From an uncultured archaeon (GTDB lineage: Archaea > Asgardarchaeota > Lokiarchaeia > Sigyniarchaeales > SOKP01): a stretch of 64,000 bases of DNA. The position numbers were made by a program, and so were the translations under genes. Under the pieces are notes generated by a model. That model saw only the letters and a list, made by a program, of their open reading frames with translations. It was not told where the DNA came from and ran no database searches. The stretch spans positions 38,530-102,529 of the forward strand of contig CAZDTP010000005.1 of NCBI GenBank assembly GCA_964508365.1, in the 5' to 3' direction. Positions 1-10,430 of the stretch are shown here, in pieces. Every line of letters starts with the position of its first letter. Positions within the stretch are counted from its first letter, which is position 1.

Positions 1-1
1 A

Positions 2-475
2 TTTAGTTCAGTTATTAAAAAATACGGGATTTCTAGTATTCCTGAAGATTTAAGTGAATCTATGCGATCGGGTATAACAAAAATTAAAGAAAACCTAATC
101 AATATTGATATCCAAGTAATCTTTAGTACAGAAGTAATTAAGGAATTATTAGTTAGTGAAGAATTTCAACTGGTTTCCAATTATCTCAAATCATTCGAAT
201 TGACTTTTAAAAAAATTTCTGTTCGCGTTACAAGTGAGGATTTCAGTAATTTTAATTTAACCGATAGTGAATTGGTTCAACCAAGTTTCGATCCTACTAA
301 TAGATTGATAGGAGCTTATATATCGCGAAATACTAATATTTATCAAATTTTCTATGAGAAATTTAACGAACTATATGAAAAAGGTATTCCATTAACACAA
401 TTTCTAAAAGAACAGAGCGATGTTAAAGAAGAATCTTATTCTAATACACAATTATTTGGTTTGTGCTTGTTATAA
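2..475 (+). CDS. C-terminal part of a hypothetical protein; the frame is open to the left window edge
   Basis: The frame starting at nt 2 has no stop until the TAA at 473-475, so the ATG at 62 is probably internal. No motif recognised. Confidence 0.4.
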   Translation, partial: FSSVIKKYGISSIPEDLSESMRSGITKIKENLINIDIQVIFSTEVIKELLVSEEFQLVSNYLKSFELTFKKISVRVTSEDFSNFNLTDSELVQPSFDPTNRLIGAYISRNTNIYQIFYEKFNELYEKGIPLTQFLKEQSDVKEESYSNTQLFGLCLL

Positions 476-539
476 AAAAGAATTTTTAAATATCTTATAT
501 CAAAAATAAAAAATAAAATTAAAAAAAAAAATTAATTAA

Positions 540-998
540 TTAGTCATATCTTTTATATGTGAAAAGTAACCATACAAATCCAAGTACCCCAATTATAAAG
601 GCACCCAGAATTATATAATTTGGCCAATAAGCTAAGTCAAATGATGCAGGATTAGTTATCCATCCTATAACTGCGTTTACTCCAGTAAGTGCCATGATAG
701 AAAGAACGACTAAACCTATTCCCATAGCGTATTCTTCCTCTTTGAACATACCAATTCCCGCTACAAGGCACCAGAAGCCTAGTGCTATTGAGATTAAGCC
801 TTGACTTCCGAACAATGTAAGAGCTGCAGCTAAATCAGGATCAGTGGCGAAATCACCTAACCAAGAAGGAACTATGATTCCTGCCCATGCTAAGAAATCC
901 ATTATGCCTTTAAACAAGAAAAGTATACCCAGTATAATCATTAAAAAATTTAAAAGTTCGTTCGAATCTTTCTTCTTTATTTCTTTTTCTTCACTCAT
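540..998 (-). CDS. Small integral membrane protein, about 4 predicted TM helices, unknown function
   Basis: 152-aa ORF with a charged N-terminus (MSEEKEIKKKD) followed by four long hydrophobic segments. No catalytic motif seen. Confidence 0.55.
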   Translation of the reverse strand: MSEEKEIKKKDSNELLNFLMIILGILFLFKGIMDFLAWAGIIVPSWLGDFATDPDLAAALTLFGSQGLISIALGFWCLVAGIGMFKEEEYAMGIGLVVLSIMALTGVNAVIGWITNPASFDLAYWPNYIILGAFIIGVLGFVWLLFTYKRYD

Positions 999-1199
999 TT
1001 TTTAATAACCCTTTTTATTTTTAATTAAGATTATGTGTTGATTATGAAAATATCTTCCCACATATATAAATTTAATTTATTGAGATTATAAATCCGATAA
1101 TAAGTTCCTTCAAATTTCATTAGTTTTAATTAAGCAAAATTAATTAAATTTTAAAGACAATTTAGTGTTAACTATTGATTTTTTCAATTTCAAGTATAA

Positions 1200-2186
1200 A
1201 TGAAAAACTTCTTATCGCCGGATAAAATTTATTCTAGCGTAGCAAATGGGAAAGTAAGTAAGGCTATGGCCACTGAGCAGTTGATCTCATTAATAGAAGG
1301 AAGCGATAACCCAATAACTCGTGCTGAATCAATTGAAATTTCTGAGAAATTGGAAATTCACGATCAAAAAATCTTTAAAATCTTAGAAAATTCTCTATTA
1401 TCCGACGAAAGCCCATTAGTTAGGAAATCAGCTGCGAATTTCATTGGACAAATTTTTTTAAAAAAAGGTTTGAACACGCTAATATGGGTTTTGCAGCACG
1501 ATAAATCTCCAATAGTTCTAAAAGTAATTTCTGATTTGAATAGCAGTCTTAATAGCGCCCGATTTGAATTGTTAAGTAAAGAAATAAATGGGTTTTTGGC
1601 AGAAATAGCGTTATCCGTTGGTATTGTTCAAAATGAAGCAAAATTTATATTAGATTTGGAGGCTATATTTGCTCAAAACGAATCTGATTATGAGTCCGAG
1701 TTAAAAACTTATCAATTCTACAAAAAATTAAAAGATAATAAACTTGGAGAATCTTGGCTTACGATAAGGAATAAACACATTGAATCCTTGAGTTTCAATT
1801 ATTACAATTGGAAATACTTGAAAGAAATCCCTAGTATGTTCGACTCTATTTCTAAATTGCAAGATTCCATGGTTTATTTAAATTTCATAGGAGAACTTGG
1901 TCTTAAAAGCAACACGATTCTCAAATTACCCGACTCTCTAGCGCTACTCACAAATCTTAAAAAACTGAATTTAAGCAGAAATAATATTAAGGTATTTCCA
2001 AAATCAATTTTTTCACTTTCTTATCTTAAGTATTTAGACATAAGTCATAATAAAATTTCTAAAATACCTGTGGAAATTAAAAACTTAACCTCACTAGATA
2101 TTTTGAGAATTAACCATAATCAAATTCGAAAAATTCCAAATTATTTAAGAGAATTCTTACTTACACTTCAAGATTTTAAAATATAA
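1200..2186 (+). CDS. HEAT-like repeat plus leucine-rich-repeat (LRR) protein
   Basis: The N-terminal half has HEAT/PBS-lyase-like repeats (SPLVRKSAANFIGQ, DKSPIVLKVISDL). The C-terminal part has 4-5 tandem LRRs of about 23 aa (LTNLKKLNLSRNNIKVFPKSIFSLSYLKYLDISHNKISKIPVEIKNLTSLDILRINHNQIRKIP). Confidence 0.7.
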   Translation: MKNFLSPDKIYSSVANGKVSKAMATEQLISLIEGSDNPITRAESIEISEKLEIHDQKIFKILENSLLSDESPLVRKSAANFIGQIFLKKGLNTLIWVLQHDKSPIVLKVISDLNSSLNSARFELLSKEINGFLAEIALSVGIVQNEAKFILDLEAIFAQNESDYESELKTYQFYKKLKDNKLGESWLTIRNKHIESLSFNYYNWKYLKEIPSMFDSISKLQDSMVYLNFIGELGLKSNTILKLPDSLALLTNLKKLNLSRNNIKVFPKSIFSLSYLKYLDISHNKISKIPVEIKNLTSLDILRINHNQIRKIPNYLREFLLTLQDFKI

Positions 2187-2263
2187 ATACTTCTACTCTT
2201 TTATCTAAGATAATTATTTAAACAATAAAAACCAAATTTAAAATCAATATAACAATTTAGGAT

Positions 2264-2271
2264 GGAAGGTG
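2264..2271 (+). promoter_or_regulatory. Shine-Dalgarno-like site (GGAAGGTG) 7 nt upstream of the TTG start at 2279
   Basis: Purine-rich GGAAGGTG motif at the right spacing before the TTG-initiated TPP-enzyme ORF. Confidence 0.45.
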
Positions 2272-2278
2272 CAAAAAT

Positions 2279-3991
2279 TTGGAAGAAAAAAAGAATATTA
2301 TAAATGGTGGCGATGTTCTTATCAAATCCTTACTTGAAGAAGATATCAAATATTTGTTTGGGATCATTGGTGGCCAATTTTTAACTATGTTTGATGCTGT
2401 ATACAAGTGGGGGCGTGAAAAAGGAATCAATACTGTTATGTTTAGACACGAGCAAGCTGCAGCGCATGCAGCTGATGCTTGGGCAAGAGTGACGAATAAA
2501 CCCGGAATTTGTTTCGGTACTGTTGGTCCTGGTGCAACTCAACTAGTCCCCGGGGTAGGAGCAGCATGGAGCGATAACATCCCAATGATCGTCTTAGTAC
2601 CTCAAGTAAATAGCAAATTTGCTGATTCTTTCACTCTGCAGGGAAATTTAGACCAAATTACAATGTTCAAACCAATTACTAAATACCAGAAATCAATACG
2701 AACGATAGAAGAAATTCCTGATGCCGTTCAAAAAGTTTTCCGGGAAGCTACTAGCGGGCGTCCAAGACCAGTTTTATTGGAGATTTACGAGGACGCTTTT
2801 TTAAGCCAGAAAGAAGAAAGTGAAATTCCAATTACGTCTCCTGATCAGTATCGATGCTTTGAGAAACCAGCAGTTAGTAATGAAGTAATCCAAAAAGCCA
2901 TGGAAATGTTATTAAAAGCCGAGAAACCCTTAATCGTCTCTGGAGGTGGAGTGTCAAGATCAGAAGGATGGAATGAACTTCAAGAATTTGCTGAATACTT
3001 AAAAATTCCCGTTATAACCACTATTATGGGTATTGGCACTATCTCAAGTAGATCAGAAAGTTTTGTTGGTACAACTATAAATGGCGTGGGTTTAAAAGCA
3101 GCCCCAGAAGCAGATGTTGTTCTTGCTCTCGGATGCAAGTTCACTTATGTTATGGGTCATGGAGACGAGCCATTTTGGAAAAATTCTCAAAAAATGATAC
3201 AAGTAGATATAGATCCAGGAATAATAGGGCGAGCTAAACCTATTACTCTAGGTATTATAAGCGATTGCAAACAATTTTTAGCGCAAATACTTGAAGCTGC
3301 TAAAAAAGTTCAAAAAGTTGAAAAAAGAGAGTGGTTAAACGAGTTAGTGAATTTAAGAAAAACACAAATGGCTGGTATGATGAAAAAAGCAACAAAGGAT
3401 AAGATCCCAATATTACCTCAAAGATTGGTCAAGGATGTATTAGAATTTATGGATGAGGATGCGATATTCATTAACGATGGTGGGGATATAGCTTGTTATT
3501 CTATAGAACAAATAGATTATTATAAACCAAGACCACCACTATCCTTCTTACAAGCTGTCGGTATGGGCCATTTGGGGACTTCTGTTGGTTATGGAATCGG
3601 AGCTAAGTTAGCAAAACCGGATAAACAGGTTATTTCAATATCTGGTGATGGTAGTTTTATGATGAATATTCAAGATCTCGAAACCGCTGTTAGATTAGGT
3701 TTAAAGAATCTCATATTTGTTATAGCAAATAATAGTGCTTGGGGGATGCTTAAATCGGGTCAAAAATTATTTGTAGACAAGCATTATATCGATGTCGAGT
3801 TACCTGAATTTAACTTTGCCAGATGTGCTGAAGGGTTTGGGTGTTATGGAGAGGTTGTAGTTGATCCTAATGAGATTAAACCCGCGCTTGAAAGAGCTAA
3901 AAACTCTGGAAAACCTGCTGTAATAGATATTAAGACTTCTTGGTCAATTCCGGACGTGACTAAGCTCCTAGGAAGCATGGGAATACTTTAA
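2279..3991 (+). CDS. Thiamine-pyrophosphate-dependent enzyme, acetolactate synthase large-subunit family (substrate not assignable)
   Basis: 570 aa with a TTG start. N-terminal Pyr domain (RHEQAAAHAADAWARVTNKPGICFGTVGPGATQLV) and C-terminal TPP-binding motif (GDGSFMMNIQDLETAVRLGLKNLIFVIANNSAWG). No ilvN/ilvC/ilvD neighbours. Confidence 0.85.
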   Translation: MEEKKNIINGGDVLIKSLLEEDIKYLFGIIGGQFLTMFDAVYKWGREKGINTVMFRHEQAAAHAADAWARVTNKPGICFGTVGPGATQLVPGVGAAWSDNIPMIVLVPQVNSKFADSFTLQGNLDQITMFKPITKYQKSIRTIEEIPDAVQKVFREATSGRPRPVLLEIYEDAFLSQKEESEIPITSPDQYRCFEKPAVSNEVIQKAMEMLLKAEKPLIVSGGGVSRSEGWNELQEFAEYLKIPVITTIMGIGTISSRSESFVGTTINGVGLKAAPEADVVLALGCKFTYVMGHGDEPFWKNSQKMIQVDIDPGIIGRAKPITLGIISDCKQFLAQILEAAKKVQKVEKREWLNELVNLRKTQMAGMMKKATKDKIPILPQRLVKDVLEFMDEDAIFINDGGDIACYSIEQIDYYKPRPPLSFLQAVGMGHLGTSVGYGIGAKLAKPDKQVISISGDGSFMMNIQDLETAVRLGLKNLIFVIANNSAWGMLKSGQKLFVDKHYIDVELPEFNFARCAEGFGCYGEVVVDPNEIKPALERAKNSGKPAVIDIKTSWSIPDVTKLLGSMGIL

Positions 3992-3996
3992 ATCTA

Positions 3997-4012
3997 TTTT
4001 TTATTTTTTTTT
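3997..4012 (+). terminator. Oligo-T tract, archaeal-type intrinsic terminator candidate
   Basis: TTTTTTATTTTTTTTT lies immediately after the stop at 3989-3991. Confidence 0.4.
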
Positions 4013-4019
4013 ATAAATT

Positions 4020-4025
4020 GAGGTG
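4020..4025 (+). promoter_or_regulatory. Shine-Dalgarno site (GAGGTG) 7 nt upstream of the GTG start at 4033
   Basis: GAGGTG matches the anti-SD complement. The spacing fits the GTG-initiated ADH ORF. Confidence 0.5.
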
Positions 4026-4032
4026 TAAATAA

Positions 4033-5052
4033 GTGAAGGGCGTATCTTATGAAGGTGTTGGAAAAATTGTTGTAAGACACGATTTACCAATGCCTAGTGT
4101 TAAACCAGACGAGGCTCTAATCAAAGTTAAATATTGTGGTATTTGTGGTTCGGATGTTGAATCTTTTAAAAAGACAGGTATGTATGGTTCAGGGACAATT
4201 ATAGGGCATGAAATATCTGGAGAAATAATAGAAATAGGCGATAATGTAAAAAAATTGAAAATTGGAGATCGTGTAACTATAAATCCGAATGTTCCATGCT
4301 ACAATTGTTATTGGTGTAATCAAAATCAAGAGAACAAGTGCAAATTTGCCCCTAGAGCTTTAGGATCGCTTACTGATGGTGCAATGGCCGAATTTATTAA
4401 TATAAACGAGGAAAGGATTCACATTTTGCCTGAATCAATCTCATTAGAAGAAGGAGCCATGATCGAGCCACTGGCGGTTGGTATTTATTCTGTTCAAGAG
4501 TCTGACATAAAAATAGGTGATAGCGTTGCGGTTTTTGGAACGGGAACTATTGGTTTAATCACAATTTTAGCGTTAAAAGTAGCAGGTGCCGGTAATATTT
4601 ATGCTTTAGAACCAGTAGAATCAAAACACAGAATAGCGTTAGAGATGGGGGCCAATAAAGCATTCACCCCACAAAACTGGAAAAAGATTAAAAAATTATG
4701 TGATAAAATAGGACCAGCTCACATATTTGATTGCGTAGGAATAAATGAAACAATTACATCAGCAATAGATCTTGTAAGAAGAGGAGGGTATATCACAATG
4801 ATTGGTATGGATCCTGAAATCACAGACCTAAAAAATTTCTATGGTATTGCAATTAAAAATATCACTTTGAGAGGTATTTTTGCCTATAACCAAGATACAT
4901 TTAAAACTGCTATAAATTTATTAGATCAGAAAAGGGTGAATATAAAACCACTAATATCTAAAATAATAAAACTAGATGAAGTTCCTGCCGCAATTGAAGA
5001 TTTATCAAAAGGATTACATGATGATATAAAGATCATGGTTGAGATAGAATAA
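4033..5052 (+). CDS. Zinc-dependent alcohol dehydrogenase, MDR family (threonine/sorbitol/butanediol dehydrogenase-like)
   Basis: 339 aa. Catalytic Zn motif (CGICGSD ... GHEISGEIIEIG), structural Zn Cys cluster (CYNCYWCNQNQENKC) and Rossmann GxGxxG (VFGTGTIGL). Confidence 0.85.
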   Translation: MKGVSYEGVGKIVVRHDLPMPSVKPDEALIKVKYCGICGSDVESFKKTGMYGSGTIIGHEISGEIIEIGDNVKKLKIGDRVTINPNVPCYNCYWCNQNQENKCKFAPRALGSLTDGAMAEFININEERIHILPESISLEEGAMIEPLAVGIYSVQESDIKIGDSVAVFGTGTIGLITILALKVAGAGNIYALEPVESKHRIALEMGANKAFTPQNWKKIKKLCDKIGPAHIFDCVGINETITSAIDLVRRGGYITMIGMDPEITDLKNFYGIAIKNITLRGIFAYNQDTFKTAINLLDQKRVNIKPLISKIIKLDEVPAAIEDLSKGLHDDIKIMVEIE

Positions 5053-5060
5053 TTCTTTAA

Positions 5061-5087
5061 TTTTTCACTATTTTTTTTACTTTTTTT
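5061..5087 (+). terminator. Oligo-T tracts downstream of the ADH gene
   Basis: TTTTTCACTATTTTTTTTACTTTTTTT lies within 10-35 nt of the stop codon. Confidence 0.4.
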
Positions 5088-5229
5088 AACATTATAGCAT
5101 TCTTGGATTATGATCAATTTACTATTTTTACAGATTTAATTTGTTGATTTTGGTAAATATTTATAAATTCATGTAACAATAAATAAGATATTCATCAATT
5201 TTGTGAATAAAAATTAAGAGGTTAATCTA

Positions 5230-6963
5230 ATGGGAGTTAAAATGAGTCCATATGATGCGAAAATATGGACGAAATCTTATGATAAACATGTTAAACCGAA
5301 TTTAGAATATCCCAAAGAAAGTCTTGGCGATTTATTTGATAAAGCTATGGCTAAATACCCAGAACGCATCGCTTGCTATTTTATGAAGCGAGAAATGCCT
5401 TTCAGTGAACTTAGAGAATTTACTCACAGATTTGCGACATTTTTACAGAAAAATGGTTTAAAAAAAGGAGATCGCGTAGCTATAAATTTAGCTAACTGCC
5501 CTCAGTATTTAGCTGCACACTTTGGAACAATTTTAGCGGGTGGAGTAGCATCCGGGTGTTCACCGCTTCTAAGTCCGACTGAAATTGCTTACCAAATAAA
5601 CGATAGTGGAGCTAAATTTTTTGTTACCTTGGATGCTGTATATGAGAAAGTATTAATGAAAGTAATAGAGAAGCTGCCAAATCTTAAATGCGTGATTACA
5701 ACTAATATTTCTGATTACATGGGGCTTTCTAAACCTATAGTATTTCTTGGTAAGCTACTAGGTAAAATACCAAAAGGAAAAGTTGAACCGTATTCCGGAA
5801 AATTAATTATTGATTTCAAGGATGTGATGGAAACATCCATTGACTTACAGGCCGTAATTATTGATGTGAAGAACGATCTTGCCCTACTTCAATATACTGG
5901 CGGAACCACTGGATTACCTAAAGGCACAGAACTTACTCATCTTAACTTAATTACTAACATAGTTCAAGTAGCTACATGGCTTAATAGAAGTGAAGCAAAG
6001 GAAGGAGAAAATAACTTATCTGCTTTTCCGCTCTTTCATTTAGCTGGTTTAGCTATGAGCATGATAACTTTATATACTTCAGCTGGACAAATCTTAATTG
6101 CAGATCCCCGAGATACCAACCATATTATAGAGGAAATGATAGAAAAAAACCCAAAAATAATAGTGAATGTACCAACATTATTTTTATCAATTAAAAACAA
6201 TCCAAAAATAAAGGATGTACCCAAGGCTACCCTAAATAATATAGATATCTATGTTTCTGGGGCTGCGCCTTTTCCAGCAGAAGCAATTAAAGATTTCGAA
6301 GAATCTATGCTTGGTACTAATAAACTATTAGAAGTTTACGGGATGACTGAAACAAGTCCAATTCTTACCATGAATCCTTATAGCGGTAAAAAGAAAGTCG
6401 GTACTGTCGGCTTACCCGTACCCGACACTGAATTAAGGCTTGTAGATATTGAAACCGGAGAACAAGTAGAACTCGGGAAACCTGGAGAAATAATTTGTAA
6501 AGGACCTCAAGTTACAAGAGGATATCTCAACAAACCAGACGCAAACGCAAAGACTATTATTGATGGATGGTTTCATACTGGTGATGTAGGTGTAATGGAT
6601 GAGGATGGATTCATAACGATTGTGGATCGTACTAAAGATATGTTAATCGTAAGTGGGTATAAGGTGTACAGCGTTCATGTTGAAGATATCTTAACAAAAC
6701 ATCCCAATATTGAAATGGTAGCGATTATTGGCTTAAAAGATCCCGATCGGCCTGGAAGTGAAATCGTAAAAGCGATAGTTCAGCTTAAAGAAGGAATCGA
6801 ACCATCCGATAAGATTAAAGTAGAATTAAAAAATTACGCTGCTGAAAATCTCTCGAAATATGAAAATCCAAGAATATGGGAATTTAGAGAAACTTTGCCC
6901 TTAACTACTGTAGGAAAAGTCTTAAAACGGGCATTAAGAGAAGAATCAAAAGAATTAAATTAA
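5230..6963 (+). CDS. AMP-forming acyl-CoA synthetase / fatty-acid-CoA ligase (FadD-like)
   Basis: 577 aa. AMP-binding signature (YTGGTTGLPKGTELTH), later GYGMTE-like (VYGMTETSP) and TGD (WFHTGDVG) motifs. AAGAGGT lies 8 nt upstream of the ATG. Confidence 0.85.
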   Translation: MGVKMSPYDAKIWTKSYDKHVKPNLEYPKESLGDLFDKAMAKYPERIACYFMKREMPFSELREFTHRFATFLQKNGLKKGDRVAINLANCPQYLAAHFGTILAGGVASGCSPLLSPTEIAYQINDSGAKFFVTLDAVYEKVLMKVIEKLPNLKCVITTNISDYMGLSKPIVFLGKLLGKIPKGKVEPYSGKLIIDFKDVMETSIDLQAVIIDVKNDLALLQYTGGTTGLPKGTELTHLNLITNIVQVATWLNRSEAKEGENNLSAFPLFHLAGLAMSMITLYTSAGQILIADPRDTNHIIEEMIEKNPKIIVNVPTLFLSIKNNPKIKDVPKATLNNIDIYVSGAAPFPAEAIKDFEESMLGTNKLLEVYGMTETSPILTMNPYSGKKKVGTVGLPVPDTELRLVDIETGEQVELGKPGEIICKGPQVTRGYLNKPDANAKTIIDGWFHTGDVGVMDEDGFITIVDRTKDMLIVSGYKVYSVHVEDILTKHPNIEMVAIIGLKDPDRPGSEIVKAIVQLKEGIEPSDKIKVELKNYAAENLSKYENPRIWEFRETLPLTTVGKVLKRALREESKELN

Positions 6964-6992
6964 TTTTTTTTATAAATATATTATTTTTTTTT
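6964..6992 (+). terminator. Oligo-T tracts downstream of the acyl-CoA ligase gene
   Basis: T8 starts directly after the TAA stop. A second T10 run lies 20 nt further on. Confidence 0.4.
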
Positions 6993-7154
6993 AATTTATC
7001 TTATTCTCTCAAGTTAGTAGTTAAAATTTCAGACTTCCTATTTTTAAGATGCATCATTGACCATCAATTACTGCCTCTATTTTGGAGATTGTATATATTA
7101 TAGATTTAAAGATATATGATTAGAATAAAATAAGAAAAAAAAAATGATTTTGTA

Positions 7155-7643
7155 TTAAATAGGATATGATTGCACAGTAAGCAAACACTCTCTGATAATA
7201 TTTCCAGTAGTCTCGGACCAAAAGGCGATAGATATATTGTGGCGTCCCGCAGGGAATGACGCATTAAAATATTGTAAGGTAACTGAATGATAATCATAGA
7301 TCGATGTTCCTTTGTATGGTCCTACACGAGTATAAGGATTCAACAATCTCGTACCATCTATCATAATATAAAAAATGATGTCTGCAAAAGTGATGGGATC
7401 TGGAAGAATTTTAGTACTCGCTGAAAACGTGACATAGAGTTGGACTGGAGACCTTAAATCTACGATGACGTAAAGATCTGGAATTGTTTCGTACGATAAA
7501 TCAGGGGCTGTGAAATAATCTGGCTCATAATCATTCCAAATGTTTACTTGTGACTGATTTATCCCGGTTATTACCCCAAAACCTAATCCTATAGAACCTA
7601 TCAAGATACCAATTATCCCTAATATAATACCAGCTTTTCCCAT
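7155..7643 (-). CDS. N-terminally membrane-anchored beta-rich protein, unknown function; intact paralog of the interrupted gene at 29564-30145
   Basis: 162 aa with a Gly/Ile-rich N-terminal TM helix (GIILGIIGILIGSIGLGFGVI) and then a beta-strand-like ectodomain. It is colinear with 29564-30145 (LYVTFSAS vs LFVEFSAI, ISIAFWSET vs YSIEIYWKST, and similar C-terminal ends). Confidence 0.5.
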   Translation of the reverse strand: MGKAGIILGIIGILIGSIGLGFGVITGINQSQVNIWNDYEPDYFTAPDLSYETIPDLYVIVDLRSPVQLYVTFSASTKILPDPITFADIIFYIMIDGTRLLNPYTRVGPYKGTSIYDYHSVTLQYFNASFPAGRHNISIAFWSETTGNIIRECLLTVQSYPI

Positions 7644-8159
7644 GAGGAATTACCTTCTTATTCTTTGTTTTACATTAAATGTTATTTTTAATAGATTATA
7701 AGAACTAATTACTTGATCAGAATAATAAATATTTGTATTAAAATGATTTTTTCACATAATCAAAATTCAGATTAAGAATGAATATGATAACCAATTCGAA
7801 GGAAATTTACCATATTAAAATTATTCATTTAGGAACAAAATTCTTTTTATCCTCATTAATAAATCCATGCTGTTCAAGTATAGAAAAGTTATATACCATA
7901 AAAGAAACAATCAAAATAATTAACCGGATTTAATAAATCTTAATTCTCATTTTTTTTAAAGCTTTTATCTTTTTGTTTGAATATCTTAAAATATATAAAA
8001 TATTATGGAATACTTTTAAAGACTTTCTGTAAATTATAGAGAAGTCTATATGGGAACCTATTAAATTAAATTAATTTTTTTTACTCATTATTATAAACTT
8101 ATTTTAAGGAATTAATCAAATACATATCATAATTATTAAATTATTTCTAAATCAAAGAG

Positions 8160-9449
8160 TTGATAAAAGTGAATAATAAAAAAGGACAAGTTCAATGTAT
8201 TAACGATGAAATTCTCGAAAAACTCTCGTTAAAGACCCGAAATAAGTTTTTAAATTACAATTTGATGAGTTTTTTAAAACCGAAACACTTCGATTTCCTT
8301 AAACAAGCCCAAAAGTTTTTCGTGAAATTTGAAAAAGACAATAATATAACCCATAACGAAGATTTCTATGAATGGATACCAGAAATTGGCAGAAACGGAT
8401 ATATTACTCATATGTACAAATTTGATTCTCTTGGGTTAAACTTCGAACCTTATGGGATGACTGCTGAATTTATGAGGGTTTTAGCAATGGATTTTTTTGA
8501 TCCTCAGCTATCAATGGGTGCCGGAGCTACAGTTTTAGCAGTGAATCCCTTATTACTCCATCACGAAGATGTTGATGTTCGATTGAAAGCTTTAAAAGAA
8601 TTAGTAACAGGTGAAAAAATAGGTTGTATATGTATCACAGAACCAGATAGAGGATCTGATGCAGTGCATATGCTAACTACATGTGATGAACAAAATGATG
8701 GAAATTTTATTCTCAACGGAGAAAAAATATATCAAACTAACGGTAGTAAAGCAGATTGGGCGGTTGTATATGCAGTTACCGAAAAAGATAACGGCAATAC
8801 TATGGCTCAGTTTTTAGTTGATACATCATGGGAGGGGTGGAATGCTGAACGGGTTAATATTCCTTGGACTCCGAGGATTCATATAGGAAAGGAAACCATA
8901 TCAAATTTGAGGGTCCCTTCAGAATATGTCTTAGGAAAACCGGGCGAAGGGAGGTCACATTTATTCGAAGGGCTCAATCTAGAACGATTAGGAATCGTAT
9001 GTTTAAATCTAGCGGAAGCTTGGAATGCGATTACACACGCTGTAATATATTCTAACATGAGAAAGCAGTTCGATAAGGAAGTCTTGAAGTATCAAGGAGT
9101 AGGATTTCCGCTTTCTGATTTATGGGCTCAAACTATGAGCTTGACATTAGCAAATTTAAATATTTGTCAAATAATTGATGATAAAATGGAAAAATCAGGC
9201 ACGTTACCCAAGGAATTTAATTTAGCGCTGGTCGTTACTGCATCACAACTTAAACTTGTTAGCACAAAACTATGCGAACGTGTTGTGTATGAATGTGCTA
9301 ATCTTATGGGCGGAGCTGGAGTTTGTGATAATACAATAATGCATGATCTACTAGGAATTACTAGAATTCAGGAGATAGGCGGTGGAACAAGGCAAATACA
9401 ACAATATATTCTAAGTTTATCTCTAAGACAGTTATTTAAAATGCTTTAA
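8160..9449 (+). CDS. Acyl-CoA dehydrogenase family protein
   Basis: 429 aa with a TTG (8160) or GTG (8169) start. ACAD motif (CITEPDRGSDA), a middle beta-domain and a C-terminal helical domain ending with a Glu region (RIQEIGGGTRQIQ). Confidence 0.85.
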   Translation: MIKVNNKKGQVQCINDEILEKLSLKTRNKFLNYNLMSFLKPKHFDFLKQAQKFFVKFEKDNNITHNEDFYEWIPEIGRNGYITHMYKFDSLGLNFEPYGMTAEFMRVLAMDFFDPQLSMGAGATVLAVNPLLLHHEDVDVRLKALKELVTGEKIGCICITEPDRGSDAVHMLTTCDEQNDGNFILNGEKIYQTNGSKADWAVVYAVTEKDNGNTMAQFLVDTSWEGWNAERVNIPWTPRIHIGKETISNLRVPSEYVLGKPGEGRSHLFEGLNLERLGIVCLNLAEAWNAITHAVIYSNMRKQFDKEVLKYQGVGFPLSDLWAQTMSLTLANLNICQIIDDKMEKSGTLPKEFNLALVVTASQLKLVSTKLCERVVYECANLMGGAGVCDNTIMHDLLGITRIQEIGGGTRQIQQYILSLSLRQLFKML

Positions 9450-9565
9450 TGCTTAAACTTTTTAAATTAAGTATAGATTTTTTTTCTTTTTTTTAGTTGA
9501 AAACAATTATAAGGGAGTAAATCCAACTCTATATATATTCAAATTAAGGTTATTGAGAATTAATA

Positions 9566-10387
9566 ATGAAAATTGAAGATATTCAAGATATCATTTATAG
9601 GAAGGAAGATAATGGAATCTGTACAATAACAATTAATCAACCTAAAAGGAAAAATGCTATGTCGTTCCTAACCTTTTTGGAAATTGAGACTGTGTTAACT
9701 GATATGGAAGCAGATAAAAATGCAAAAATATTAATTATTACTGGTTGCGAGGAAGCGAATGCTTTCTCGTCAGGTGGTTATTTTAACATGAATATTTACC
9801 CTCAACTCCCTCCTGAAATATTGAAAGAGATTGATTTAACTGATATTGCTGTAAAAAGGTTATGCATGAAATTCTGGTCCTTTTCTAAACCAGTTATAGC
9901 TGCTATAAATGGATTAGCGGTAGGTGCGGGATTTACCATGCCTTTAGCCGCAGCTGATTTAATTTACATGGCTGACGACGCATGGATAGGATTTTACTTT
10001 GTAAAACGTGCGGTTATGGCGGAGTTTAGCTCTCATTTTTTACTTCCTTTTTACATAGGTTTTCAGAAAGCGAAAGAACTGCTCTACTTTGGAAAGAAGA
10101 TTACTGCTCAAGAGGCTTATGAACTTGGTTTTGTGAACCAAGTTTTACCGCGTGAAAAATTAATGCCTTTTGTTAGAGAACAAGCTTTAAAATTAATACC
10201 TCCTAAAGGACCATCTTTATCAATAAAATTAATGAAAAAAACATTACATGATTATTTTAAGGAAATTTTATCAAAAACTCTAGACCTTGAAAACGAAGGC
10301 CTGAGAGAACTTTTAACTACACGAGATTTCAGAGAATCATTAAAATCCTTAAGTACTAAAAAAGCTCCAACATTTAAAGGAAAATGA
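9566..10387 (+). CDS. Enoyl-CoA hydratase/isomerase (crotonase) family protein
   Basis: 273 aa. Crotonase oxyanion-hole segments (AFSSGGYF, INGLAVGAGFTMPLAADL). Confidence 0.85.
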   Translation: MKIEDIQDIIYRKEDNGICTITINQPKRKNAMSFLTFLEIETVLTDMEADKNAKILIITGCEEANAFSSGGYFNMNIYPQLPPEILKEIDLTDIAVKRLCMKFWSFSKPVIAAINGLAVGAGFTMPLAAADLIYMADDAWIGFYFVKRAVMAEFSSHFLLPFYIGFQKAKELLYFGKKITAQEAYELGFVNQVLPREKLMPFVREQALKLIPPKGPSLSIKLMKKTLHDYFKEILSKTLDLENEGLRELLTTRDFRESLKSLSTKKAPTFKGK

Positions 10388-10430
10388 ACTAAATTAGTAT
10401 CACTACAATGTAAGGTTAATTCTAATTATA

